NCBI GenBank assembly: GCA_050115495.1
Contig: JASFQK010000027.1
Location: 28,701-92,700, forward strand
Length of the DNA stretch: 64,000 nt
From: Phycisphaerae bacterium
GTDB taxonomy: Bacteria > Planctomycetota > Phycisphaerae > UBA1845 > Fen-1342
Direction of reading: 5' to 3'
In this document: piece by piece, positions 54,701 through 63,250 of the stretch
Layout: the number at the start of each line of letters is the position of its first letter
How positions within the stretch are numbered: position 1 is the stretch's first letter
Made by a program: the position numbers and the translations under genes
Notes under the pieces: model-generated
What the model was told of the DNA's origin: nothing
What the model saw: the letters and a program-made list of their open reading frames with translations, nothing else
Database searches by the model: none

Positions 54701-54905
54701 CCCATCACTCGCTGAGGCCGTGACAGCGCTGCGCCGGGACATCCGCACGCTCTTCGTCTCGGGATACACCTCCAACGTGATCGCCAGGCACGGCGTGCTG
54801 GAGTCGGCTGTCGCCTTCCTGGAAAAGCCCTACAGCCGGCGGCAACTCCTGCAACGGATCCACGAGATCATGAGCCAACCAAAGCCCGTCAGCCCGCAGA
54901 CGTGA
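51732..54905 (+). CDS. Hybrid sensor histidine kinase (periplasmic SBP-like sensor, two PAS, HisKA, HATPase, REC)
   Basis: VLVLHSYH; TM helix; PAS motifs (IHPDD); GVAHDFNN, NLVVNARDA, FEPFFTTK, GTGLGL and TDVIMP. Confidence 0.92.
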   Translation: MPSVCPQRPALSPPPDGEPPPSARRRARLAGVGLLVGICVVAGLRAGDGTDSAQRTGVLVLHSYHEGLTWTDGTDEGIREVLGARPDIEVYTEYLDSKRIALEDLPNLLADYLRRKYAAIPIAAIIVSDNYALSFLTTHQKAVFPGLPVIFCGIDDFQPALLDGLDGPATGVVQALNPRRTLRLIRTLQPALRRLAVVSGVDETAQAMKRQAQLALADEADGLEVVWLDSLSTRTLLERLGTLSREDAVLLCNFNRDADGVYYSHEDSARLISGATAAPVYAMQDLYMGTGVVGGSMISARDQGTVAARLCLNTLDTGHTPPIRLECPHTILCDYAVLRRFGMNVSALPPTATVINRPESFYARHRRLIWTTVAAFVLLLLALAGVTFGLLRSRTAGRKLRRSEENLRTTLNSIGDAVIATDIAGRIVHMNPVAERLTAWTSAAAMHRPLAEVFRLVDAETGQSCAAPGREVLQHRGRVEVANHATLLARDGTKHEIAHSAAPIRAARDVVIGVVLVFRDVTEDYRMRRMLAQSEAQMKLALQGADLGTWDWDVTTGQLAFDDRCAEMLGYRREEIEPQAEAWRQRIHPDDRPAVQAALAAHLAGQTPAYETEHRLQHCSGDWVWVLDKGRVIERGPDGSARRVCGTHLDITDRKRAEAERERLQEQLQHAQKLESIGLLAGGVAHDFNNILTAVIGHTELAVDELETRFPAADAALESVREIERNAQRAAALTRQLLAFSRRQVMRPEVLDLNATLRDVEKMLRRLITENITLQLHCAADLHAIKADPGQLEQVILNLVVNARDAMPEGGQLALETRNVLLEDTQVAMPPDLLSGPYVLLAVSDTGCGMDRATRERIFEPFFTTKTLGQGTGLGLSTVYGIVKQAGGHIIAYSELNRGTTFKIYLPAVEGTVVQRELPEAVRPVLTGSGTVLICEDDPAVREVTARTVRDAGYTVLVASGGQEALRLAEAHAQLIDLLITDVIMPGLDGPSLAEAVTALRRDIRTLFVSGYTSNVIARHGVLESAVAFLEKPYSRRQLLQRIHEIMSQPKPVSPQT

Positions 54906-54941
54906 TGCCCCGCGCCGGCGGCCACACGGTGACTTCGCCCG

Positions 54942-56537
54942 CTACTCCCGCTTGCCCGGCTGGCGTTGCAGGTCGGGGATGGCGCGGAGGTGGTCGAGGG
55001 CTTTCTGTAGGACCGGGTCCTTGTCGTCGGTGAAATCGTCCGGGGAGGCGGCGACGGCGATTTTCGGCTGGAGGCCGACGGACTCGAACGGCTTGCCGTC
55101 GGGGCCGAGGTCCAGCCAGCGCGGCACGATCACCATAATGTCGCAGCCGGCGTCCAACCGGCGCGGATTGGCGCTGGCGCCCGCCGTCTTGTCGCCTATG
55201 GTTACCACCTGCGGGCAGACGCTGAACATGCACGCCAGCGACTCTGCCGAACTCATCGTCCGCTGCCCGATCAGCACGACCACCGGCGACGCGTAACGCC
55301 ACGGTCCGCGCACCGCACACGCCCGCGACAGCCGCGGCCCGAGGTCCGTGCGCGACTTGCCCTCAGGGTCGCGATAGTGGTTGTAGCTGTACACTCGCTC
55401 CTCATCGATGAACCGGCCGGCGACGTCGCGGCCGAGCAGCTCATCGCCACCGCCGTTGAAGCGCAGATCGATAATCAGCCCCCACGTGTCGCCGAGCTTG
55501 TCGAGAACGCCGTCGAAGGCGCCGGTGAGGTTGGGGTTGCCGAGCGTGTAGAGGTTGATGTAGCCAATCCCGTCATCGGTGCGCCCCCAAGCCAGCGTGC
55601 GGGGGACTTCTTCGAGCGAGGACAGCAGCTTGGCGGCGGCCCGCCAATTGGCGTTGAGCGGGCGGTCGCGGTTGAAGCAGGGCACCGGCTCGCCCTGAAC
55701 GGAAATACCGACATGCAGGTCTTCCAGGCTGGCCAGCATCTCGGCGATGACGGCGGCGAGCTTGTACGTTGTCTTCGCCTCGCGGGCGCGGGGACGGAAC
55801 GTCTCGCGCTGCTTGTCCCAGTCGAGCTTGGGTTTGATGCCGAACATGGCGTATTCGCGGTCGAACGCCGACCAGACCTTGTCGAAGACCTCGACCGCCT
55901 GCTCCGGCTCGACCGGCACGAGCTTCGGCAGACTGCGGTTCGCGAAGAAGGGTTCGTACTTCACCGTCTCCGCCTTGGTATCGACGGAGAAGAAGCGGCG
56001 CGGTCCGTCGGCGGTCTCGGCGTCGATCATGATCGATTCGCGCGTCGGGATGACCGGTAGGTTGCCGGCTTGCCAACAACCCTGCATCTTCCAAGCGGCG
56101 ATGCGCTTAGCCCACAGGACAGCGTCCGCGGGGCCGTGACCGGTCACGGTGTCCGTGGGGAACAGCTCGGCGACGAGGGCGGGGTTGAACCGCAGCCAGA
56201 TGCTCTGCACCGGTTCGCCGTCGGCATTGACGGTGCTGCGCAGCTTGCCGGGCTCGTCGGGCAGAACGACGGCCCACACGACGTTCGTTTCGTGTCGCCC
56301 GAAGACGACGCTGCTCTTGCCGAGCTTGATCTTGAGATCGTCGCCGACGGAGTAGAGGAAGGAGGAGAGCTGCCAGACATCGTCGGCGGTGCAGGTCCAG
56401 GTGCGCGGAATCATCTTATCGGACGCGTCAAGTGTGGCAGGGTATTCCTTCGCCAAGTCGGTGCCCTGGGCAGATGCCCCCGAGACCACCAGCGCCAGCG
56501 ACGCCGTTACAAGCCATCGAGCCGTCGTTCCACACAT
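54942..56537 (-). CDS. Exported S41 family peptidase
   Basis: Signal peptide from ATG 56537; LEDLH, IIDLRFNGGG, TMSSAE, IG.KTAG and G.QP.I motifs. Confidence 0.85.
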   Translation of the reverse strand: MCGTTARWLVTASLALVVSGASAQGTDLAKEYPATLDASDKMIPRTWTCTADDVWQLSSFLYSVGDDLKIKLGKSSVVFGRHETNVVWAVVLPDEPGKLRSTVNADGEPVQSIWLRFNPALVAELFPTDTVTGHGPADAVLWAKRIAAWKMQGCWQAGNLPVIPTRESIMIDAETADGPRRFFSVDTKAETVKYEPFFANRSLPKLVPVEPEQAVEVFDKVWSAFDREYAMFGIKPKLDWDKQRETFRPRAREAKTTYKLAAVIAEMLASLEDLHVGISVQGEPVPCFNRDRPLNANWRAAAKLLSSLEEVPRTLAWGRTDDGIGYINLYTLGNPNLTGAFDGVLDKLGDTWGLIIDLRFNGGGDELLGRDVAGRFIDEERVYSYNHYRDPEGKSRTDLGPRLSRACAVRGPWRYASPVVVLIGQRTMSSAESLACMFSVCPQVVTIGDKTAGASANPRRLDAGCDIMVIVPRWLDLGPDGKPFESVGLQPKIAVAASPDDFTDDKDPVLQKALDHLRAIPDLQRQPGKRE

Positions 56538-56717
56538 ATTGGGTCTCCCTTTCTGCTTGTGATGCGGGCCGCATTCTAACACGCCCGTGTCGGCGGGGGA
56601 GCTGAATCGCCGGGAACTGACCCGCCGGGCGGAGCGTCCAACCGAACGTGGCGACGGGTCTCGGTACCGCCGCTCACTGAACCCAGTTCCCGACGGGCCA
56701 CGCCCGGGAGTGCTGTC

Positions 56718-58949
56718 ATGCGTGCCAAGCTCTTCTCGTCCCTGCGGTTGTGCCTCTTGCTCGTGGTTGGCTCGTCGGCTGCACCGGTGTTGGCCCAGGG
56801 GCGGATCATCGCCATGCCGCCGGACCGGCCCCGGCCCCAGCCTATCCCGCAGCGTGGCGTGCCACTCGTCCTGAAACAGGAACGGGTCAACGTCGAGATC
56901 ACCGAGGGCGTCGCCGTCGCCACCGTCAAGCAGACATTCCGTAACGAATCGGGACGGCAGATCGAAGGAACCTACGTCTTTCCGCTGCCGGCCGATGCAG
57001 CCGTGGGCGATTTCAACATGACCGTGAACGGCCGCGAGCTGAAGGGCGAGGTCCTCGACGTGGAGACCGCCCGCCGGACGTACGAGGACATCGTTCGCCG
57101 GATCCGCGACCCTGGTCTGCTCGAATACGCCGGCGGATGCCTGTACCAGGCGAAGCTCTTCCCGATTCCGCCGGGCGGTGTGGTCGAGACCGAGCTCAAG
57201 TACGCGGCGACGCTGAGCGAGATGGACGGGCTGGGCTGCTGGCATCATCCGCTACGGGCGACCGGGGCAGCGGACGTGCCCGTCGAACAGCTCGTCGTAC
57301 AGGTGAAGCTGCGCAGCAGTTCGCCATTGACGAGCGTCTTCTGTCCGACGCACAAATGCGAGATCGTCCGGTCGGGCGAGCACGAGGCGCAGATCAGCTA
57401 CGAACGGACGAACGTGCGGCTCGATACGGACTTCCAGCTCTACTACCAGCACAGCAACGACGCCCTGGGCTTCTCCGTGCTCACGCATCGCGAGCCGGGC
57501 GAGCCTGGGTATTTCATGTTCCGATTGGCGCCGCAGCAGTCACTCAGCGAGGCCCGCGTTCAGCCCAAGGACATCGCCTTCGTGATCGACACGTCGGGCA
57601 GCATGCGCGGTGGGAAGATCGAGCAGGTCCGCAAGGCCCTCGAATTCTGCATCAACGGGCTGAACAAGGACGACCACTTCAACATCTACGCGTTCAGCAC
57701 CGGCGTGCATCCCTTCCGCGACGACCTCACGCCGGTGACCGACGATACGCGGGCGGCGGCGGTCAAGTTCGCCCGCGACCTTCAGGCCCTGGGCGGCACG
57801 AACATCCACCAGGCGCTGCTGGCGGCACTGGCCGCGGATCCGGCGGACGACGCTCGCCCGTACCTGGTGGTGTTCATGACCGATGGCCAGGCGACCGTGG
57901 ACGAGACGAACACGGGGCGGTTGCTGGAGAGCGTCAGCCAGCACAACAAGCGGGGCGTTCGCTTCCACGTGCTGGGTGCCGGCACGGACGTCGACACGCA
58001 CCTGCTGGACAAGCTGGCGGAGTTGAACCGCGGCACGCGCGAGTACTGCGTCGAGGGCGAAGACCTCGAACTGAAGCTCAGCGCCCTGGCCGGCCGGCTG
58101 GCCAACCCGGTGCTGACGGACCTAGTGCTGAACGTCGCGGGCTTGCAGGTGTTCGACCGCTATCCGCAGACGCTGCCCGACCTGTTCCACGGCGGTGAGC
58201 TGGTCGTGCTCGGCCGGTACGACGGCAACGGGCACCACGCGCTGTCGCTCCAGGGCCAGTGGGCCGACCAGCAGCGCGTGTACGTGCACGAGGCGGACTT
58301 CCCGCAGGTCAGCATGGGCGACGATTTCCTGCCGCGGCTGTGGGCCCAGCGGAAGGTGGCGTATCTGCTCGACCAGATCCGCCTGCACGGCGAGAACAAG
58401 GAGCTGAAAAACGAGGTCGTGCGGCTGGCCACGCGGTACGGGATCGTCACGAGCTACACGTCCTCCCTGATCGTCGAGGAGGGGGAACGGCTTGCCTGGG
58501 TCCGCGGGGGCGGCGCGCCCGCGCGAGGAGCGATTGCCGGGGCGGCCCGGGAGCGCAGCGCGGCGGGCGGCAGGGGAACTGCCCGTGTCGCTAAAGCACC
58601 GGCGTCCGGAGAGATCGCCGTCGACCTATCGCGAGACCTGAACAAGCAACAGCAGGCTGACGCGATCGTGGGCGAACCGGTCGAGCTCGAGGGCCGACAG
58701 ATCGTCCGCTACGCCGCCGGCAAGACCTTTGTTCTAGACGCGGAGCGGTGGGTGGACACGGCGTGGGACGGCAAGCAGACGCCGGAGAAGCTGGTAGCGT
58801 TCAGCGACGCTTACTTCGATCTGCTGCGTCGGGAGCCGGCGCTCGCACCGGTGTTCGCCCTCGGCGAGCGGGTCGTGGTTGTGTATGAAGGTGTGACCTA
58901 CGAGACCGCGCCCGCCGACGAGGCCGAGGAAGGCGGCGACGGTAACTGA
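56718..58949 (+). CDS. Exported VIT plus vWA domain protein
   Basis: Signal peptide; EGTYVFPLP (VIT); MIDAS FVIDTSGSM, GGTNI and FMTDG; RLWA. Confidence 0.88.
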   Translation: MRAKLFSSLRLCLLLVVGSSAAPVLAQGRIIAMPPDRPRPQPIPQRGVPLVLKQERVNVEITEGVAVATVKQTFRNESGRQIEGTYVFPLPADAAVGDFNMTVNGRELKGEVLDVETARRTYEDIVRRIRDPGLLEYAGGCLYQAKLFPIPPGGVVETELKYAATLSEMDGLGCWHHPLRATGAADVPVEQLVVQVKLRSSSPLTSVFCPTHKCEIVRSGEHEAQISYERTNVRLDTDFQLYYQHSNDALGFSVLTHREPGEPGYFMFRLAPQQSLSEARVQPKDIAFVIDTSGSMRGGKIEQVRKALEFCINGLNKDDHFNIYAFSTGVHPFRDDLTPVTDDTRAAAVKFARDLQALGGTNIHQALLAALAADPADDARPYLVVFMTDGQATVDETNTGRLLESVSQHNKRGVRFHVLGAGTDVDTHLLDKLAELNRGTREYCVEGEDLELKLSALAGRLANPVLTDLVLNVAGLQVFDRYPQTLPDLFHGGELVVLGRYDGNGHHALSLQGQWADQQRVYVHEADFPQVSMGDDFLPRLWAQRKVAYLLDQIRLHGENKELKNEVVRLATRYGIVTSYTSSLIVEEGERLAWVRGGGAPARGAIAGAARERSAAGGRGTARVAKAPASGEIAVDLSRDLNKQQQADAIVGEPVELEGRQIVRYAAGKTFVLDAERWVDTAWDGKQTPEKLVAFSDAYFDLLRREPALAPVFALGERVVVVYEGVTYETAPADEAEEGGDGN

Positions 58950-59006
58950 CCAACACACCAACACTTAGCCGTCCGTAACCGCACACGGAACTCCATCATC
59001 GTTCGC

Positions 59007-59045
59007 AGAGGCCGGTGGCGCTTCACGCCGCCGGTCTCTTTTCTC
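59007..59045 (+). terminator. Rho-independent terminator
   Basis: AGAGGCCGGTGGCG-CTTCA-CGCCGCCGGTCTCT followed by a T run. Confidence 0.7.
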
Positions 59046-59166
59046 GCAGGGCCCTCGCGTGCTATACTGGCAGATTCCCGCCAATGGCGGGCTGACACGT
59101 ACCGGCTCCGGCCTCGCCGCGTGGGCGAGGACGTCTCGGGGCCACCGGTACCACGCGAGGCCGCCC

Positions 59167-60636
59167 GTGAACTGGGATGCGCTTCTGGACCGGCTAGCCG
59201 AATGGTTGGCAGAGCATGACCTGCTTCAGCCATCGGGTCGCTGGGTAATCGGAGTATCTGGGGGGCCTGATTCGACATTGCTGCTGCACGCGATGTGCGG
59301 GCTGTCACAGGCGCGTGACCTGCATTGGACGATTCACGCGGCCCATTTCCACCATGGATTGCGCGGGGCGGAAGCCGACGCGGACGCCGAGTTCGTTGCG
59401 GCCATGTCCGACCGGCTGGGTGTGGCGTTCCACTCCGACCGGGAGGACATCCGGGCGCGCTCGCAGGCCGAGGGTGGTTCGACCGAGGAGGTCGCCCGGC
59501 GGCACCGGTACGCCTTCCTGGAGCGGGTCGCGCTGAAAACGGGCAGCCCCTGCGTGGCGGTCGCCCACCACGCCGAGGACAACGCGGAGACGGTTCTGCA
59601 CCGCATCTGCCGCGGCACCGGCCTGCGGGGGTTGATTGGCATCCGGGAAGTCCGGCCGATTCAGCCGGGCAGCCGCGTGCGGCTGGTGCGTCCGCTGCTG
59701 CGGCTATCCGGAGCCGCGATCGCCGAATTGTGCCGGGCCCGTAACATCGAATCACGCGTGGACAGCACGAACGCCCTGGAGGAGTTCACCCGCAACCGCA
59801 TCCGGCGCGTCGTCCTGCCCATGCTCCGGCAGACGCTCAATCCGAACGTCAGCGAGGCGCTCCTGCGGCTGGCCGAACAGGCCCGCTGGATCGGCAGCTA
59901 TCTCGAGGACGCCGCGGCCCGAACGTTCGATTCGCTCGTCGTCGAGGCCGAGGAGGGTCGGCTGACGCTAAGTACGCCCGCGCTGCTGAGCAAGCACCAG
60001 GCGATTCAGGCCGAAGTGGTCCGCCGGGCGGCCACGCTCGTTCTGGGCAGTGAGCCCGATCTCGGCTTCACGCACATCGAGACGGTGCTGCGACTGGCCC
60101 GTGATCCGGCGAGCGGCAAGGAAGTGCACCTGCCCGGCCCGCTGGTTGTGTCGAAGCGGTATGACCGGCTCGAGTTCCAGCCGCCGAGCAAGGAGGATCC
60201 GCCGCCGGAACTGGCCCCCGTGGCGGTCGTCTGCCCTGGGCAGACGGCACTGCCGCAACTGGGCGCAGAGCTGGAGGTGGAGCTGTGTGACGTGGACGCA
60301 TCGCTGATCGAGGAACTGCGCGTTTCGCCGCGTGACGCCGAGGAGTGGCTCGACTTCGAGCAGGTGCGGCCGCCGCTGTTCGTGCGCGGCCGGCGGGATG
60401 GGGACCGGTTCCATCCGCTCGGGGCGCCGGGGGCGAAGTCGCTGAGCGACTTCCTTTGCGGCGAGAAGGTGGATCCGTCGGCCCGGCTGCGGACGGGGAT
60501 CCTGTGCGACCAGGAGGGGCCGGTGTGGGTGATGCCGCTGCGCATCGACGAGCGCGTGAAGCTCCGCGCCACGTCCCGGCGGGCGCTGCGGCTGGTCCTG
60601 AAGTCGACGGGTGCGCGGGCCGCCGGTAGCCCGTGA
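59167..60636 (+). CDS. tilS: tRNA(Ile)-lysidine synthetase
   Basis: SGGPDS PP-loop; HHGLRG, ARR.RY, AHH.EDNAET, RPLL, D.TN and RNRIR motifs; C-terminal GDRF.PLG domain. Confidence 0.95.
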   Translation: MNWDALLDRLAEWLAEHDLLQPSGRWVIGVSGGPDSTLLLHAMCGLSQARDLHWTIHAAHFHHGLRGAEADADAEFVAAMSDRLGVAFHSDREDIRARSQAEGGSTEEVARRHRYAFLERVALKTGSPCVAVAHHAEDNAETVLHRICRGTGLRGLIGIREVRPIQPGSRVRLVRPLLRLSGAAIAELCRARNIESRVDSTNALEEFTRNRIRRVVLPMLRQTLNPNVSEALLRLAEQARWIGSYLEDAAARTFDSLVVEAEEGRLTLSTPALLSKHQAIQAEVVRRAATLVLGSEPDLGFTHIETVLRLARDPASGKEVHLPGPLVVSKRYDRLEFQPPSKEDPPPELAPVAVVCPGQTALPQLGAELEVELCDVDASLIEELRVSPRDAEEWLDFEQVRPPLFVRGRRDGDRFHPLGAPGAKSLSDFLCGEKVDPSARLRTGILCDQEGPVWVMPLRIDERVKLRATSRRALRLVLKSTGARAAGSP

Positions 60637-61898
60637 TGCGGGGCGGCGCCGCCTGGGGCTGGGTGCTGGTGGCCGCGGCCCTGGGGCTACGCGTTGGCTG
60701 GGTGCTGTATCGCTGGTTCCACGGTGGGGCGGGGCTGGAATTTCCCGACGAAGAGCTGCACTGGCAACTGGCCCGTAACCTCGTCGATCACGGGGCGCTG
60801 GTCAGCGACGACGGGCGGTGCGCGGCCCGCATGCCGGTGTATCCGCTGCTGCTGGCGACGGTGGCCTGGGCTGGACGGTGGGGCATTCTGTTGGCGCGGC
60901 TGGGACAGGCGCTCATGGGGGCGGCGACGACTTACGTGGCGTACCGCTGGACGCGAGTGGCGTGCGGTGCGCGGGCGGCGGTGCTGGCCGGCGTGCTCGT
61001 CTGCTGCGATCCGTACAGCATCTTCTTCTGCAACTCCTTGCTGAGCGAAGTGCCGTTCATCTTCTTCGGCGTATGCCTGAGCTATGGCGTCTGGACGCTG
61101 GGGCGGGAGCCCGGGCGGCGGGGGCTGATCCCGCTCGTGGCGGTGGCGGTGCTCGGGCCGGCGACGCTGATGGCGCGACCGTCGTCGGCGGGCTGGGTCG
61201 TGCTGTTGTGGCTGGTGCTGGCGGTCTGGAGCGGCTCGCGCCGCCGGGCCGTCACGCGAGTAGCCATCGTGGGAGTGGCGATGGCGGCGTGCATGCTGCC
61301 GTGGGGGTTGCGGAACCGGGCGGTGCTGGGCGGCTTCGCGTGGCTGTCGGCCAACGGCGGCGTGACGTTGTATGACGCCCAGGGCCCGCAGGCCGACGGC
61401 AGTAGCAACCAGACTTTCCTTCGCGACATGCCCGAGCTGGCCGGGCTGGATGAGTTGGGCCGCGACCAAACGCTCCAGCGGCTGGCCATCGAGCAGATGC
61501 GGCGGGATCCGCTCCGCGTGCTGCGCCTGGCCGGGGCGAAGTTCCTGCGGACATGGAACCCGATTCCGAACGTGCCGGAGTACCGGGTCGGCGTCGTGGC
61601 GGCGATCAGTGCGGTGTACACCGGTGCCGTCGTGCTCCTGGCGTTGGCCGGCTTGTGGCGACGCCGGCGGAATGGACCGGCCAACGGGCGGCTGCTGGTG
61701 TTGCTGTGGCTGCCGGTCGTCTATTTCACCATCGTGCACTGCGTATACGTCGGCAGCGTTCGCTACCGCGTACCGCTCATGACGTTCCTCGAAATCGCGG
61801 CCGCGGTCGCACTCGCCAGCCTGCTGAGGGCGCGCCGCGCCGGCGAAGGTGGGGCAGGGGAGCACGCCGGGTGCAACGAATCCGCTGCTAAGCCGTAA
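60633..61898 (+). CDS. GT-C (PMT/ArnT-like) membrane glycosyltransferase
   Basis: PDE..H..LA.NL, R.PVYPLLL, LLSE, ARP, PWGLRN and RYRVP motifs; many TM helices. Confidence 0.75.
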   Translation: MMRGGAAWGWVLVAAALGLRVGWVLYRWFHGGAGLEFPDEELHWQLARNLVDHGALVSDDGRCAARMPVYPLLLATVAWAGRWGILLARLGQALMGAATTYVAYRWTRVACGARAAVLAGVLVCCDPYSIFFCNSLLSEVPFIFFGVCLSYGVWTLGREPGRRGLIPLVAVAVLGPATLMARPSSAGWVVLLWLVLAVWSGSRRRAVTRVAIVGVAMAACMLPWGLRNRAVLGGFAWLSANGGVTLYDAQGPQADGSSNQTFLRDMPELAGLDELGRDQTLQRLAIEQMRRDPLRVLRLAGAKFLRTWNPIPNVPEYRVGVVAAISAVYTGAVVLLALAGLWRRRRNGPANGRLLVLLWLPVVYFTIVHCVYVGSVRYRVPLMTFLEIAAAVALASLLRARRAGEGGAGEHAGCNESAAKP

Positions 61899-61985
61899 GA
61901 TTATGTGCGGGCAACCGGCCCCCGTGCCGGCCAGCGCAGATTCCGCCGTGGCGCGTTGCCAACGACCGTGTGGGTCGGGCATCGC

Positions 61986-62059
61986 GGGTGGATCGAGCGT
62001 CTCGCCCAACATTCCCCGAGTTCCGGCTGAAAACAGCGGGCGAGACGCCCGCCGCACCC
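61986..62059. repeat. Degenerate inverted REP-like pair
   Basis: GGGTGGATCGAGCGTCTCGCCC facing GCGGGCGAGACGCCCGCCGCACCC. Confidence 0.5.
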
Positions 62060-62476
62060 GGTCTTCGAGATCGCCTCACAACCTCAGATCCCGGCGCGGC
62101 CCAGAGCTGAAGGTTGTTTCGCATGCCCAATGACCTGTGGCCCGCGCACGTCGGCACGCTCGTGAAGTGACCATACACAAGGTGAAAACACCTTTCTCAT
62201 TTCGTACGGAACAGAGCATCGCGCCGCATCCAGTTCACGTACAACACTGTCATGAAGGCGCTTGCAGCGCATCTCATCACAGGAGACTGGATCACGGGAG
62301 CGCTTGCGAGCGCATCGGCGAGCAGCACCGCCCCTTGCCCTGTCCTTGCCTGCCGCCTACTATGACTTACATCTGCGAGTTGGATGGGAGACTTCACGCA
62401 GAGGGGCTCAAAGGAGGGCCACCACGCATGACCATTGGGCGAACGGGCGCTGTTTGACGCGCGCGGGTTTCTCGGC

Positions 62477-63250
62477 GGCGCTGTACTGGTCGCCGCTTAT
62501 CTGCTTGCACGAAAGGAGAAGTGCATGGCTGGAAGAAGCGTCACTGGTGTGATCGTTTTTCTGTCGGCAGCGCTGCTGCTGGCTGGGGCCGTCTCAGCCC
62601 GGGCCGACCCGTTCTACCTGCGCTACGACGCGGACGAGGTCTACCCGGAGGATGCGGGCTGGGAGCGGCACACGACGGACCCGTACGGGCTGTTAGAGCG
62701 CAGCCTCGCGGATGGCATCCTGACAATCGACTCTCGGCGTTCCGCGTACATCACAGACTGGTACGACCGTGAAATCGCCGAGCTCGAGTTAGCGCCGGGT
62801 GAGGAACTGCGATTCACTTGGCGCGTGAACATTCTTGAAGCTGACACCGATGACGGCGACAGCGACACAAACGTCGCGGTATCCAACGCCTCGGCACAGT
62901 ACGTGAAGCTGTTCCTTGCGCCGACATTCGTGGCTGCTAACGAAGACGGGGTCTCCGGGCCGGAGCACATTTATGAGTTGGCACAACAGGGCTGGCACAC
63001 GTTTCTGCTTTCCAGCTTCGACATGCTGCACTATGACCTCTTCGTGGACAATACGTATGCCTTCTCTGGGGATTTCACGCGTCACTTGATCCCCGGCCCG
63101 AATCGCGTGTCATTTGGTGATACCTTCATTGGACTCACGTCGCGGTCCGCGTGGGACTTCGTCGAAATCCAGGTTGTTCCGGAACCACCAACAGCGTAGG
63201 GCGCTGTGGTGATTGCCACGTACCTGCTTGCGCGAAAGGAGAAGTGAATG
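62477..63250 (+). repeat. 51-bp imperfect direct repeat (62477-62527 and 63200-63250) flanking the PEP-CTERM-like gene
   Basis: 42/51 identical; each copy ends in AAAGGAGAAGTG(C/A)ATG. Confidence 0.85.
62525..63199 (+). CDS. Secreted PEP-CTERM-like protein with in-frame TAG before its transmembrane anchor
   Basis: Signal peptide MAGRS…ARA-D; ends VVPEPPTA*; reading through gives GAVVIATYLLARKEK* (to 63247). Confidence 0.75.
   Translation: MAGRSVTGVIVFLSAALLLAGAVSARADPFYLRYDADEVYPEDAGWERHTTDPYGLLERSLADGILTIDSRRSAYITDWYDREIAELELAPGEELRFTWRVNILEADTDDGDSDTNVAVSNASAQYVKLFLAPTFVAANEDGVSGPEHIYELAQQGWHTFLLSSFDMLHYDLFVDNTYAFSGDFTRHLIPGPNRVSFGDTFIGLTSRSAWDFVEIQVVPEPPTA

Noticed and set aside
56538..57248. 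Apparent N-terminal extension on the S41 peptidase
   Set aside because: Antisense to the VIT gene; the signal peptide begins at 56537.
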